Shown here: one piece after another, positions 1-11,063 of the stretch
Layout of the letters: each line of letters opens with the position of its first letter
Numbering within the stretch: position 1 is the stretch's first letter
Assembly (NCBI GenBank): GCA_020184695.1
Contig: JAANOX010000037.1
Coordinates: forward strand, 248,001-312,000
Direction: 5' to 3'
From: Histomonas meleagridis 2922-C6/04-290x
Lineage: Eukaryota > Protista > Parabasalia
Length of the DNA: 64,000 nucleotides
Position numbers and translations under genes: made by a program
The notes under the pieces: model-generated
Told to the model about the DNA's origin: nothing
Database searches by the model: none
The model's input: the letters and a program-made list of their open reading frames with translations, nothing else

Positions 1-963
1 TCGATTTCCAATAAGATATTCACGGGCTTCAACATCAGGTAATGGAATATAAATCTTCTTCTCAAAACGACGGCGTACGGCTGGATCTAATGACCATGGA
101 GTGTTGGTAGCGGCTAATAATAATATGCCATCCATGGATTTGCCAACTCCATCAAGTTGTACAAGAAATTCGGTCTTAATACGACGTGAGGCTTCGGTGT
201 CATTGTCAGTACGCTCAGAAAGTAATGAATCAATTTCATCAATAAAAATAATTGAGGGCTTTCGATCGCGTGCTGTGTCGAAAAGAGCACGAATAAGCTT
301 CTCAGATTCACCAAGCCATTTGGATACTAAATCAGAGGTGGATACTGTGAGAAATGTGGAATTGTCAGCTTCGGTGGCTGTGGCCTTGGCTAAAAATGAC
401 TTTCCTGTACCTGGCGGACCATAGAGAAGAATTCCATGCCATGGAGAGCGTTCTCCTGTGAAAAATTGTGGAAGACGTAATGGAAGAATTACAGCTTCTT
501 CTAAGGCTTGTTTGGCCGAGGCAAGACCAGCAACATCACTGAACTTAATGTCAGGCTTTTCTATCATAATAGCACTGGAGATTTTATCTTTGAATTCATT
601 TGCTTCTTTATCATTAGTATTTTTAAGCTTATCATTATTACCACTATCACCGCTGCCACTATTGCCACCGCCTCCGCTATTGCCAGAACCACTGGTTGCT
701 CGAGAAGGAATTTTTGTATTTTCGAGAATTTCGACTCTTTGCTTACATCGCTCAAGATAATCATTCAGTGGCCCAGAGATAGGTTCAACATACATGGGTG
801 GTTGCTGAAGAGCTAAATTGAACATGCCAATGGCTTGTCGGTAATAATGTTTAGCTTGGTTGTAGCTTCTCATATTTTCCATATTAACAGCATTTGAAAG
901 GAATTTTGTGCCTTTATCAAAATATTCTTTTGCAGGATTTCTGTCGAATTTACTGGGTTTCAT
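1..963 (-). CDS. VPS4: Vps4-like AAA ATPase with N-terminal MIT domain (3' end lies outside the window)
   Basis: Translated by hand because it is absent from the ORF track (no stop in window). ATG at 963, open frame to base 1: [18 protein letters not shown]... (MIT-like), [37 protein letters not shown] (Walker A), [11 protein letters not shown] (Walker B), [44 protein letters not shown]. Confidence 0.92.
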   Translation of the reverse strand, partial: MKPSKFDRNPAKEYFDKGTKFLSNAVNMENMRSYNQAKHYYRQAIGMFNLALQQPPMYVEPISGPLNDYLERCKQRVEILENTKIPSRATSGSGNSGGGGNSGSGDSGNNDKLKNTNDKEANEFKDKISSAIMIEKPDIKFSDVAGLASAKQALEEAVILPLRLPQFFTGERSPWHGILLYGPPGTGKSFLAKATATEADNSTFLTVSTSDLVSKWLGESEKLIRALFDTARDRKPSIIFIDEIDSLLSERTDNDTEASRRIKTEFLVQLDGVGKSMDGILLLAATNTPWSLDPAVRRRFEKKIYIPLPDVEAREYLIGNR

Positions 964-989
964 TTGGTAAAGAATTATGATAACCGGAA

Positions 990-997
990 AAACCGTT
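990..997 (-). promoter_or_regulatory. M3/Myb-like core promoter motif AACGGTTT upstream of Vps4
   Basis: Matches the Trichomonas motif-3 consensus R(A/C/G)CGGTT(T/A/G), 26 nt upstream of the ATG at 963. Confidence 0.5.
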
Positions 998-1975
998 AAA
1001 ATTTTTTCAAGTTAAATTTTCTTCTTCGGAAATTCTTCTTCATTCTTGAGAATATTAAAATAATCGAGCTACAAATTATTGTACTATAATAAAACAAAAA
1101 CCGCAAATGATATAATTTGATTTTATTAGGAATTTAGCAAACATCATTTTTTAAAAAAATCTGAAAATAACAACATACGCGTAATTATCGAAGAAGCCTT
1201 TAAAATAGGAAAAAATAATATCAAATTAAAAAAAATTCTTTCCTTTTTCATAAGTAGACTTTTTTGAACTTTTTACTTTATGCAAGAAGTCATGCAAAAT
1301 TTGCATTGCAAATCAAAGCTCATGATCAAAAGATTTTGTAATTTTATTTAAAAAAGCATCAAATATCGCCATAGTTTATATATTCTATTAACAGCTGTGT
1401 TAAGAACAAATAACATAACAAGTAAATCATATTTTTGATTAAATTAAAAGCGTTGATATATTTAATTAATTTTTTACTAATAATGGTTCCTTTATCAACA
1501 AGATTCATGAAGTATAATTTTTTGTTTATATTTTAGCCTATTCATGTACGTTGTTTCCTTTTCGTTCTTGTAATATTAATCAAATCTTTATTGCATAACA
1601 TGAATATTCCTTGATGAACATGTTACTTGTTAGTGAATTTTTATGATATAAATTTTTGACGCCTTCTTAAAGATCTAAGTTCATTCAAAAAAACCATTTT
1701 TTTGCTCAAATAAAAACGTTGTATATAATCATATCATGTATTTACATAAATTTTATAAGAATTATCTGATTAAAAGTGATGAAGTGTAAAATCTTATCGT
1801 ACTAATTGAGAACATTTTCTGTTTTCCATCGGCTGTTTTTTGCCGTTGAATGCATTGAAAAGTTGTCAAATCATTCTAACCGTATAATTTGTTTGGGGTG
1901 TCCGAAAGAACATTCAAAACCGCCCTTTTATAACTTTTTAATAGCTTTTTGATAAGCACACTTCACAATCGGAGA

Positions 1976-2566
1976 ATGGAAACATACAAGGTCGTTGTTC
2001 TAGGTGTTGGTGGTGTCGGTAAATCCGCTTTGACAATCCAGCTTGTACAAGGGCGATTTGTTCCTTCATATGATCCCACAATTGAAGATAGTTACAAGAA
2101 AACAATCGTTGTTGATGGCGTTGATGTAACTCTTGATATTCTTGATACTGCAGGACAAGATGATTTTGCAGCTATTCGTTCAACATACATGAGGAGTGGT
2201 CAAGGCTTTATTGTTGTTTTTGCTGTTAATGATCCAACTTCATTTGACTCAATTGAAAGATTCCAAAAAGATATTAGAATAACTAGCGGTAAAGAAGACA
2301 TCCCAATAGTCGTTTGTGGTAACAAATGCGATATTGAAGAACGTTCCATTACAAAAGAAGAAGCAAATCAACTTTGCCAAAGTTTCAAAATCAAATATTT
2401 CGAAACATCAGCCAAAACTAATTATAACGTATCAGAAGTTTTTGCAGAAATTACACGTATGATGAGAGAGCAAAATCCATCTGTCAATACATCAACTGAC
2501 AAAGGCAAGAAAGAAGAAAAGAAAGAAGAGAAACAAGAAAAGAAGGGATGCTGCAACTTACTTTAA
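1976..2566 (+). CDS. Ras/Rap-family small GTPase with C-terminal CaaX
   Basis: GVGGVGKS, YDPTIEDSY, DTAGQ, NKCD and ETSAK motifs; C-terminus KGCCNLL. First ATG is at 1976 (the track starts at an upstream TTG). Confidence 0.93.
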   Translation: METYKVVVLGVGGVGKSALTIQLVQGRFVPSYDPTIEDSYKKTIVVDGVDVTLDILDTAGQDDFAAIRSTYMRSGQGFIVVFAVNDPTSFDSIERFQKDIRITSGKEDIPIVVCGNKCDIEERSITKEEANQLCQSFKIKYFETSAKTNYNVSEVFAEITRMMREQNPSVNTSTDKGKKEEKKEEKQEKKGCCNLL

Positions 2567-3217
2567 GCGAAATCTTACTCAATATAAAAAAATCTACGAT
2601 TTCTTTTTTAATTTGATTAAACATCGTTTTTTTATTCATCATTTAACTTTTTGAAAATCAAGAATAACCGATTCAAAAAGTTTTCTTGTGCCCTCTGAAA
2701 ATTGTTAAAAACGCTTTCTGTGGAAAAAATCAATCGTATCGTTATAACTTTTTGAACTCAATTCTATTACAGCATTTTCGAGACCGTTACGAAAAATTTA
2801 AAACGGTTACAAAATTATTTAACGTTCTTTTTTCAAGAAAGCGATTGCTATATAAAACTGTTTGCTCTTGGAATCTCTTGACAATCATGAAATCTTAATT
2901 TTTCACAACATCACTTTTTTCAAAAAAATGTATAGAAGAAAGATCCCAAAAAATATCTTCATAGAATCTGCAAAATATATGATATACAAAGAATGTTTTC
3001 CTTTCTGTAATAAAAGATTCGTTCCACAGAAACAGATGATATTGAACTTTGTCTGCATTAGGACCATTGGTAATCACCACATTTTTAATTTTGTGGAAAC
3101 AAGTCTTTTTTTTTTCAAGTTTAATAGGAATTTTATTTCCCTGTTCTTTAAATCAATAATGGATTTAGGTGAAATTGTGTTTATTTGTGTATGCGAACAA
3201 AAACAAGAAGCTTGGTG

Positions 3218-3823
3218 TTAATAAGTGAGGAATGTTCGGGCTTGAGCTTCATCTTTGTTACACTGAAGATAAATATCGGTAACAAATGATTCATCATATA
3301 TGTTATTCCGAAGTCTTCGTATTGCAGCTCTATCCTCTCTAGTAAGCTGAACTTCCTGTCCAGCATCGCTTTTTTCTTCTTCTTCAGACTGTGACGCAAG
3401 AATTGTAGCTGCTTGGTTAGGGTCGTAATGACATTCGCGTAAAACTTTTTCAACTTTTTCCTTAGGAAATCCCATTTCTGATATGGCTTCTACATTTTCA
3501 GCAAATGTAGGGGGATCTGGATGCTTATCTTCGATTTTTGGAGTTTGAGCAGGAGGATTTTGTATTGGTGGTTCTGGAGGTGGTTTTTGATGATTTGGAA
3601 TTCCTTTCTGTAAAACAAGCATTGATATCGGAGTTTCAACAGTAAAATTGAATTCTTTCATTGGCGTATTTTCTTTAATAGGTTTATCATTAACCAAAAA
3701 ATGTAATTCATTATCTATCCCATAAGAATCAAGAAATATTTCCCTGATGTCTGATAGAGTTTCATTTCCAGTGAGTTCTAAAATGTATTTTTGGTTAGTT
3801 TGAGCAACAAAAGCGAGAAACAT
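3218..3823 (-). CDS. UBL-UBA-UBA ubiquitin shuttle protein (Rad23-like)
   Basis: N-terminal ubiquitin-like segment, Pro-rich linker, UBA (ISEMGFPKEKVEKVLRECHYDPNQAATIL), and a C-terminal UBA resembling Rad23 (LTREDRAAIRRL...IYLQCNKDEAQARTFL). Confidence 0.75.
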   Translation of the reverse strand: MFLAFVAQTNQKYILELTGNETLSDIREIFLDSYGIDNELHFLVNDKPIKENTPMKEFNFTVETPISMLVLQKGIPNHQKPPPEPPIQNPPAQTPKIEDKHPDPPTFAENVEAISEMGFPKEKVEKVLRECHYDPNQAATILASQSEEEEKSDAGQEVQLTREDRAAIRRLRNNIYDESFVTDIYLQCNKDEAQARTFLTY

Positions 3824-4316
3824 TTTGTTGCCAATTTAAAAATTTTGAAAGGAAATAAATTTGAATGAAAATATAAATGGTTCATCTTTACATGCTATAA
3901 CAAGTCGAAATTGATCTAATAAACACATATAAATGATGTTACTTACAAATTACAGGCCATGACTTATTGGAAAACAATTATGCATATTTACATCTCAACA
4001 GAAAATTTGAAATTTGAAAAATCCAACTACTAATAAATAAATGACATTTTGGATTCATTGTTGAATAGCTCTTAGTTTTGAAACCAAATCTACATTAAAT
4101 ATCTTTTATTGTATATTCATTAATCATTTTTTTAATTATTTTTATATTTGAACAATTTACATGAATAAACAATACAAATTTCAGACAAACCGTTTTCAAC
4201 GATTGTTCTCTTTGTTTGTTTAATAACAATTTTAATTTTTCCAAAAAATCGAATCATTTATTTCAAAACAATAACTTAAATGAGAATTATTTCTATTTAC
4301 TTTTTATCTATATGTT

Positions 4317-5447
4317 TTAATTACCAGATCCAACTCTATCCAATGTTCTTATTCTAAAATTACGTTTTAACTCAGAGTTAAACATTTCGAAATTTTCGTT
4401 CATATTATTTTCTATTTGCTTCATAAACTTATCGAGTTCATTTGTAATTTCGTTTGTTCTTAACATTCTATACAATGCCATAATTTCATTTTCTTCGTTA
4501 TTCTTTAAATATATATTTAATTGATCGATATCATAACCCAATTCCTTTATTTGGTTTGCCACAATCGGATCAACCAAATCGTTCCGAATCTTAAACTTAT
4601 AATCTTTCGAAAAATTATATTTTAAAATTTCCGAATATTTCGAGTTCGCGATCCATTTATGTTGTTTAATTTCTTCGAGTTTAATGCGTTGATTATGGTC
4701 TTTCTCTAATAATCGCCGTAATAAATCTTGCGCATTTAAACTGATGTTACGCGGAATGTTTGGCGCTTTGTAAAGAATATTAGTAAGGACTTCATTACGC
4801 GTCTTGCCAACAAATGGAAAATTCCCTGTGATCATTTTGCATAATAAGACTCCAAGACTCCATATGTCAGCGGCGCTGTTATATTTTTCATCTTTGATGA
4901 CTTCGGGAGCAACATAATATGGAGTGCCAACTTTAGTCTTAAGATCTGGTGATTTGGTGGTGAATGAATTTGATAAACCAAAATCAATAAGGCGGATATT
5001 ATTGTTGGAATCAAGAACAATGTTATCTGCTTTAAGATCGCGATGAACGACATGACGAACTTTATGAATATAATCTAAAGCTGAAACGATTTGTGCAAAA
5101 AATTTCTTGGAAATGTCTTCATTAAGACATTTATACTTCTCAAGAAGACTAGATAATGTACCATTGCAAGCATATTCCATAACAATCGTATAACTTGTGC
5201 TTGTTTTTTTGGTATCGAATAACCGGGAGATAAATGGATGATCCATGTTTTGAAGCATGGATATTTCTCTTACAAGCTTGTTTTCATCACTTTCGCTGGA
5301 AAGCGCTTCACGCATAATCTTTTTTATAGCAACTGATGTATTTGTCTTGTCATGAATTGCAGAAAAAACTTTAGAAAAATTTCCATTTCCTATAGGTTTG
5401 AGATGAGAGTAATTATTTAGAAGTTGGTTTTGGGAAGGTTCTTCCGT
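4317..5447 (-). CDS. CAMK-group (AMPK/MARK-like) Ser/Thr kinase; start codon uncertain
   Basis: IGNGNFSKV, VAIKK, HRDLKADN, DFG, GTPYYVAPE, DIWSLG and a UBA-like tail. No in-frame ATG precedes the Gly loop; ACG at 5447 (ACG GAA GAA CCT) is the best start candidate. Confidence 0.85.
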   Translation of the reverse strand, partial: TEEPSQNQLLNNYSHLKPIGNGNFSKVFSAIHDKTNTSVAIKKIMREALSSESDENKLVREISMLQNMDHPFISRLFDTKKTSTSYTIVMEYACNGTLSSLLEKYKCLNEDISKKFFAQIVSALDYIHKVRHVVHRDLKADNIVLDSNNNIRLIDFGLSNSFTTKSPDLKTKVGTPYYVAPEVIKDEKYNSAADIWSLGVLLCKMITGNFPFVGKTRNEVLTNILYKAPNIPRNISLNAQDLLRRLLEKDHNQRIKLEEIKQHKWIANSKYSEILKYNFSKDYKFKIRNDLVDPIVANQIKELGYDIDQLNIYLKNNEENEIMALYRMLRTNEITNELDKFMKQIENNMNENFEMFNSELKRNFRIRTLDRVGSGN

Positions 5448-5759
5448 TTGATATATTTGTTCGGGAAACAGTTGGATATAATACGATAGGATTTCAACAT
5501 ATAAACTATTCAAATAAAATCTTACGATAGGAGCGACCAGAAGCAACGATCATATAGATTTTCCAAAATACCAAATTTAATATATAATGTTATATAAACA
5601 GATCATAATAAACATAAAATTATCCATTTTTTCTATGATTGTTGAATACAATTTTTGTTAAAATGTGGTAAATTTGTTATCAAGTTAAAATTGCATTTTA
5701 ATACGAGTATAAAATTAATGGATACATTAAATAATTGATTTTTTGTGTCATTTTAATTT

Positions 5760-6479
5760 TTGAAATATCATCAGAAATTCCTAATTTTTTTTACAATTTT
5801 TACAACAGTTCTTTACTTGGTTACATCCTTACTACCAATTAATGCTATGTATGTTCCACCGGGCGATAGTTTATCTTCTTTTCCATTTAAAGATTTTAAT
5901 ACAATTAATATGGGGATTTTAGATATTTTTGCATACGGATCAATAGCCGTAATAGGCTTAATTTTAAAATCCAAAAAACAAAGAAATTATGATTTTGATT
6001 TATTTAATTTGATTTTTCTAAATGCAATATCAATTTCAACCACAGGAGTTTTCGTGAATATAATGAAAACTTATGTTGGAAGGCCAAGGCCTACACTTTA
6101 TTCTCGATGTGGACAAGATTCAAACTATAAATCTTGTAAAAATTTATCTCATTTTAAACTGAATGATATGTTTGCTTCATGGCCTTCTGGTCATGCATCC
6201 ACTGCAATGAGTTCTTCTATGTTTATCATATTATTTCTTCTTAAACTTCAAAAAACTTCATCATTTGAATATATGATTTATTGTCTTATTATTCTCTTTA
6301 TTTCGTTTTTTGTTGGGATAACAAGGATAAGCGATCATTGGCATCATCCAGATGATGTTTTAGCTGGATTTTTTGTTGGATATGTAGTGACTAAAATTGT
6401 TTGGAAATCAACATATAAACTTATTTTTTGTTACCCAGTCACTAAGGAAAGTTCCATCAAAACCACTATAAATAAATAA
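5760..6479 (+). CDS. PAP2-superfamily lipid phosphate phosphatase, catalytic motifs intact; TTG start candidate
   Basis: KTYVGRPRP, PSGH and TRISDHWHHPDDVLAG motifs plus several TM segments. Inr-like TCATTT at 5748-5753. Confidence 0.88.
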   Translation: MKYHQKFLIFFTIFTTVLYLVTSLLPINAMYVPPGDSLSSFPFKDFNTINMGILDIFAYGSIAVIGLILKSKKQRNYDFDLFNLIFLNAISISTTGVFVNIMKTYVGRPRPTLYSRCGQDSNYKSCKNLSHFKLNDMFASWPSGHASTAMSSSMFIILFLLKLQKTSSFEYMIYCLIILFISFFVGITRISDHWHHPDDVLAGFFVGYVVTKIVWKSTYKLIFCYPVTKESSIKTTINK

Positions 6480-6837
6480 ATGTTTTTCTAATTAAAAATA
6501 AAACCTTCAATAAAGGTATTTTAGATAATGGTTTTATCTGTATACAATACCTACTAGAAACTCAAAACTCTAATCATTTACTATGTTAAACAAATTGCAA
6601 AAAAGCAAAAATAATAAAAATTATTTTTTTAAATAAAATTCAATTATTTTATGATTTCAATTCTAATTTAAATTTCAAATACATGAATAAAAAAAGGATA
6701 GTTCGATTTTCAATGATTAAACACTCGTGCATAAAACATTCCAAACCACCCAAACAACTTCTGGCAAGTTTTGCCCACAAAAAGTTGACAAATTCTGAGG
6801 TTTCCCTTTTTGGCCGAATAACCGTTTTTTAATTGTT

Positions 6838-7557
6838 TTGGATATTAAACAAGAAAAAAGCAGACTATGCGCTCTCCAAACAGAGATGCGACAGCGTATC
6901 ATCCACTGTAAACTTACAACAGATGTAAGATATATTGGTGGCGCAGACTTAACAGTTGAAGATGATTTGATGATTGGATGCTTAGTTGTAGTAGACGTTA
7001 AAAACTCACTAAATCCAATATATAAAAAGTGTACAAAGGTAAATGTAGATGTTCCATATATTCCAGGACTTCTTTGTTTTCGTGAAGGCCCAGTTGTCGT
7101 TCAATTATATAACGAATTCAAAGAATTATGTCCTGACGCAAACATTGATGTTCTTTTGGTCGACGGGTGCGGGGAGTGGCATCCAAGAGGATTTGGACTT
7201 GCATGTTATGTAGGAATTGCATGTGGGATTCCAACAATTGGAGTTTCCAAATCATTTCTTTATGTTGGATCTGAACACCACGGAAAAGAAATTCATAAAA
7301 TTGCACAAATTGAGTGCAAGAATTTTGGTGATGCAATGAAGCTTCATCATCAATTACAAGATGGATATTCAATTGATTGTGCAGTGTTGAGAACAACACA
7401 AAGCCATCCATTTAACCCAATATTTGTTTCTGTAGGTCACATGATCGATTATGATAGTTCAGTTGAGATTGTAAAAAGCCTATGCAAATTTCGGGAACCA
7501 GAGCCTTTACGCCTTGCTGATCGAATTTCACGCGAGTTTGTTCGAAAGCATAAGTAA
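6838..7557 (+). CDS. ENDOV: Endonuclease V (deoxyinosine/inosine 3' endonuclease); TTG start candidate
   Basis: GGADLT, PYIPG..FREG, LVDGCGEWHPRGFGLAC, PTIGVSK, PIFVSVGH and PEPLRLAD motifs. The catalytic D/E/D/D positions and the Tyr are all present. Confidence 0.92.
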   Translation: MDIKQEKSRLCALQTEMRQRIIHCKLTTDVRYIGGADLTVEDDLMIGCLVVVDVKNSLNPIYKKCTKVNVDVPYIPGLLCFREGPVVVQLYNEFKELCPDANIDVLLVDGCGEWHPRGFGLACYVGIACGIPTIGVSKSFLYVGSEHHGKEIHKIAQIECKNFGDAMKLHHQLQDGYSIDCAVLRTTQSHPFNPIFVSVGHMIDYDSSVEIVKSLCKFREPEPLRLADRISREFVRKHK

Positions 7558-8093
7558 ATGTACTGGAATTGAATTTTTATTGTGCAATTGATGGAATTTC
7601 TTTCCCACAAAGAAAAAGGAACATCACGTTGCTTGGCAAAATATAATTTGTGCGTTCTATTGCCACCAGAGCAATTTTTGCTTGTCATCTTCAATTAACT
7701 CTTAAAATTTGGAAATATAAAAGGGTTCTTTAATATATCTGTACTTATTGCAATAAGCCTGTTGAAAAAAGGAATTGAATCAATTGATAAGGAACCAATC
7801 GATAATTGCTTACAATTTTTATGAACTCTTCTTATACATTTTTCATGATCTCTGAACGAAAAGTCATGATATTGACCAAATTGTGTCTTCTGTGGACAAT
7901 ATCATTAAAATTTCTTAAAAGCCAATATAAAATTTCCTCAACAAAATTATAAAAATGAATTATCTTTTAGAGAACAAAGCGTTATTAAGGAAATATCAAC
8001 TGGTACAAAACCATTTGTTATAATCATTAAAATCCTAAATAAATCATTTAGATTCCTAAAGTATACTTTTTACTAAAAACAATATTTAAAAAT

Positions 8094-8519
8094 TTAAAAA
8101 TCCCACAAAATCTGTTCTTCATTGCCAAACGTGAAATCTGACATGGATGTCCAGATGAAATCATTGTTCATCGGATCACTTTCGAATGAATCATATAAAA
8201 CACCTTCTATTTGATTTGGTGATGAGTAGTCTACGTTTGGCGTTGAAGCAAAGTCATTATTAGACATGAAATCAAATGCATTTGCTTCATTATTCTTTGT
8301 TTCATTCTGGATGATATCATTTTTTCTTGGTGCCCTAGATCTGTATTTCCTTTTTTTAATGTACGGTTGGTCAGTTTCATTTAACTTTTCAATTTCTTCC
8401 AAAACATCTAATGATTCATTTGTAAATTTTTCTTTTTCAATTCTAAGAACATAACGCTTGTCACCAAATTGGAATGTTATTTGTTTTGGTTTGGTGTAGT
8501 TTTGGAATCTCCTTCCCAT
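8094..8519 (-). CDS. Hypothetical protein, 141 aa (basic middle, acidic C-terminus)
   Basis: ATG-initiated ORF with coding-like composition; no recognised domain. Confidence 0.5.
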   Translation of the reverse strand: MGRRFQNYTKPKQITFQFGDKRYVLRIEKEKFTNESLDVLEEIEKLNETDQPYIKKRKYRSRAPRKNDIIQNETKNNEANAFDFMSNNDFASTPNVDYSSPNQIEGVLYDSFESDPMNNDFIWTSMSDFTFGNEEQILWDF

Positions 8520-8543
8520 TTATAATGTGAACTTATATTTCAT

Positions 8544-8684
8544 TTTGACAATTAATTTTCCAGCTGTCAAAGAAACGTCATCTTTTGACAATAATTTTTC
8601 CAGCTGTCAAAGAACGCATGAGTTCGACAAAATATTTTCTTCAGAAATTTTTTTCAGATTTGACATTTCTTTTGCTGTGTCAAA
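8544..8684. promoter_or_regulatory. Three TTTGACA-(N12-14)-TGTCAAA inverted-repeat elements in a divergent intergenic region
   Basis: Copies at 8544-8571, 8584-8611 (40-bp tandem period) and 8659-8684. Confidence 0.5.
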
Positions 8685-8792
8685 TTTGTATTAACAAATG
8701 ACCGTTAATTAAAAATCTTTGTATTTAAGTGGTTTACATTTCAGGCCCAAAAGTGACAAGTTAAAGACGTTAATTCCAGGAAGGAAACTAAA

Positions 8793-9479
8793 ATGGATGA
8801 GAACACACAAAAACTCGCCATTCAAACATTAAAAAAATTTATTTATCATCCAATCACAAATCCATTTATTAGAGATTTTTTACCAGATGAAGAACATCAA
8901 GCAATATATAAAAGAAAAGTGAAGCACCCAATTAATTTACAAACAATCCTTAATGAACTCGAGCACTCTAAGTACCAAACACTGAATGAATTATTTTCAA
9001 AAATTGATCTTCTTTTTAGCAACTTTTTTTCATGCTATTCTGTAGGTGATTATTTATACGATGTTGCAATTGAAGCACAACGAGTCTATAAAAAGTTATT
9101 TTATGGACTTAGGTGTGTATCGCTATCAGTTGATCAATGGTATCAAGAAATCACAAATCTTAAAGATAAATTATTACAGTTAAATTATAGTACACCACAA
9201 ACAACTGCTTTTGTTCCAAAAGGTATTGATATGGACAAAGAAATATCAACACAAATACCTTCTGACAGTGATATCAGAGAATTCATTTCGATGGTCAAAA
9301 GTTTGAAAAGTGAGGAAAATCATATTGAACTTCTTAGCATAATAACGCAGGAGCAACCAGAGCTGACATCAAAAGAACCAAATCCACAATTTGATATATT
9401 ATCTTTAAATCCAAAAACTTTTTGGATGGCTAAAAATTTTGTAGCACAAAAAATCAAAGAAGAGCTGCTACAGCAATAA
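8793..9479 (+). CDS. Bromodomain plus ET-like domain protein
   Basis: HPITNPF...YKRKVKHPINLQTILNELEHSKYQTLNELFSKIDLLFSN bromodomain pattern. C-terminal ET-like segment ELLSIITQEQPEL...FDILSLNPKTFW. Confidence 0.75.
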   Translation: MDENTQKLAIQTLKKFIYHPITNPFIRDFLPDEEHQAIYKRKVKHPINLQTILNELEHSKYQTLNELFSKIDLLFSNFFSCYSVGDYLYDVAIEAQRVYKKLFYGLRCVSLSVDQWYQEITNLKDKLLQLNYSTPQTTAFVPKGIDMDKEISTQIPSDSDIREFISMVKSLKSEENHIELLSIITQEQPELTSKEPNPQFDILSLNPKTFWMAKNFVAQKIKEELLQQ

Positions 9480-10131
9480 TTTGTGTGATATAAATGTAAA
9501 ATTTGAAGCTAAAAAACATAATAAAGCTAAATAAAAAATAATGTGAGTTACAATATATTTGTTTTATTAAATTTGTTAAAATCTTTTTGTTTTTACACGA
9601 CATACGCAAAATTGTATCCATATTAACAAAATTTATTGATGATTTCATTTGTATACAATCAGCAATTTAAAACTTAAGCTTTACCAAATATGTTTGTTAT
9701 ATTAATTTTTGCCATCATTGCAAATATTAAAAATAAAGAGTATTGTTGATTTAACACATTTTATATAAATTATAATAACTATAAGGATTTTCCGCAAAGT
9801 TTTCGCTTTGTTAAAATTTCAAAGATTTTTTATTTTAAAGCCTGAAGTGAAATTCATAATGCAAAGGATTATAATATGTCCTAATAACAGAATTATTTGA
9901 TAATTTTCTAATCAAATTCCAATTGTTGAAATTTTATTTTGATTTCTTCTTGCCATGACATCCCAACAATTATTAAAAAATGGTTATATGAAATTATCAT
10001 GTTCCGCGTATCTTGACAGCTAGAAAAAATAATTAACTTTTTTTGCAAAAAAACCGTTTGATAGTATTGAAAAGGTTTGGAACAAAATTTGTCGGTTTTT
10101 GGTTGTAATTTTAACGTTTTCCTAAAAATAA

Positions 10132-10671
10132 ATGCTTCTTCTTTTTGCATCAATTGCATTATGTTTCAACTGTACAGATGCACAACCAAATCAAATGTTA
10201 TGCACAAGTGATACGGAATGCGAATTAGATGTAAGTACAACATTTCAATGTTATGTTTTCCCAAGTGTAATTTGTAATGGATCCAGAAGTTTCGAAAAAA
10301 CATTCCCCTGCAGATACTGCTATCAGCAACGCGAAAGTGATATTGAATGTGAACCCTTAACAAAGTGTAATCCAAAATTAGATTTTTTCACAACTACTTG
10401 TCATTCAACTGTTCCTTGCCTTGGTAACTCAATATTTCAGAAAACTACCACATGTTCAAAAACTTCTAAATCACAAAGGACAGCCGTTTTCCTTAGTCTA
10501 TTTTTAGGAATATTTGGCGCAGATAGATTCTATCTTGGATACTATGTTTCAGCATCTTTCAAGCTTATAACACTTGGCGGACTTGGTATAGTTTATGTTA
10601 TCGATTTGGTATTAGTTATTATTGGATACCTTGGTCCTTCTGATGGATCACTCTTTGTTGAAAGAATTTGA
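10132..10671 (+). CDS. TM2-domain protein, TM2D3/almondex-like
   Basis: Signal peptide, Cys-rich CNGSRSFEKTFPCRYCYQ and CLGNSIF segments, TM2 signature FLSLFLGIFGADRFYLG...KLITLGGLGIVYVID...GYLGPSDGS. Confidence 0.85.
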   Translation: MLLLFASIALCFNCTDAQPNQMLCTSDTECELDVSTTFQCYVFPSVICNGSRSFEKTFPCRYCYQQRESDIECEPLTKCNPKLDFFTTTCHSTVPCLGNSIFQKTTTCSKTSKSQRTAVFLSLFLGIFGADRFYLGYYVSASFKLITLGGLGIVYVIDLVLVIIGYLGPSDGSLFVERI

Positions 10672-11063
10672 TTTGGTTACTAAAAACAGGTATATTCGAA
10701 AAAAATTATTTTTACTAATTTTATCAATATGATCGAAAAAATATTTCAATTTTTCTTTCAAACTTCTTTTATGTTTCGTATGGTATGTAATACAAATCCA
10801 TAAAATTCTCTAAAAGCAAGTAAGCATTTTAAAATTTATAAATTTTGAGAAAGCTGCATTGTACTTTCAAAAAAAATGCCTTATTATTTAGAGTAAATGT
10901 CACAATGCTTTTTAGAATTACCAAAATCAAAATCAAATTTAGAAATTTTTCAATTTAAAGTTTTTTGTTTAATTGATTATTATTATAACAAAAACTTACC
11001 ATTAAAGTTACTCATTGCTATTATAAAAATCAAATACAAATACACAATTTAGTAAAACAAAAT

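Noticed and set aside
101-816. Four short ORFs in the track
   Set aside because: They are antisense or off-frame shadows of the Vps4 gene, which the track missed because it has no stop within the window.
2686-3221. ORFs 2686-2898, 2862-3221 and 2895-3080
   Set aside because: Mostly non-ATG starts, F/I/K-rich low-complexity translations and no domain; probably intergenic.
5506-5525. 20-nt GT...AG segment as an intron supplying the kinase with the ATG at 5553
   Set aside because: Removing it does not put the ATG in the kinase frame, and it lacks the trichomonad branch motif.
5718-5759. In-frame upstream ATG with TGA and TAA as evidence of stop-codon reassignment
   Set aside because: TAA, TAG and TGA all terminate well-conserved genes elsewhere in the window.
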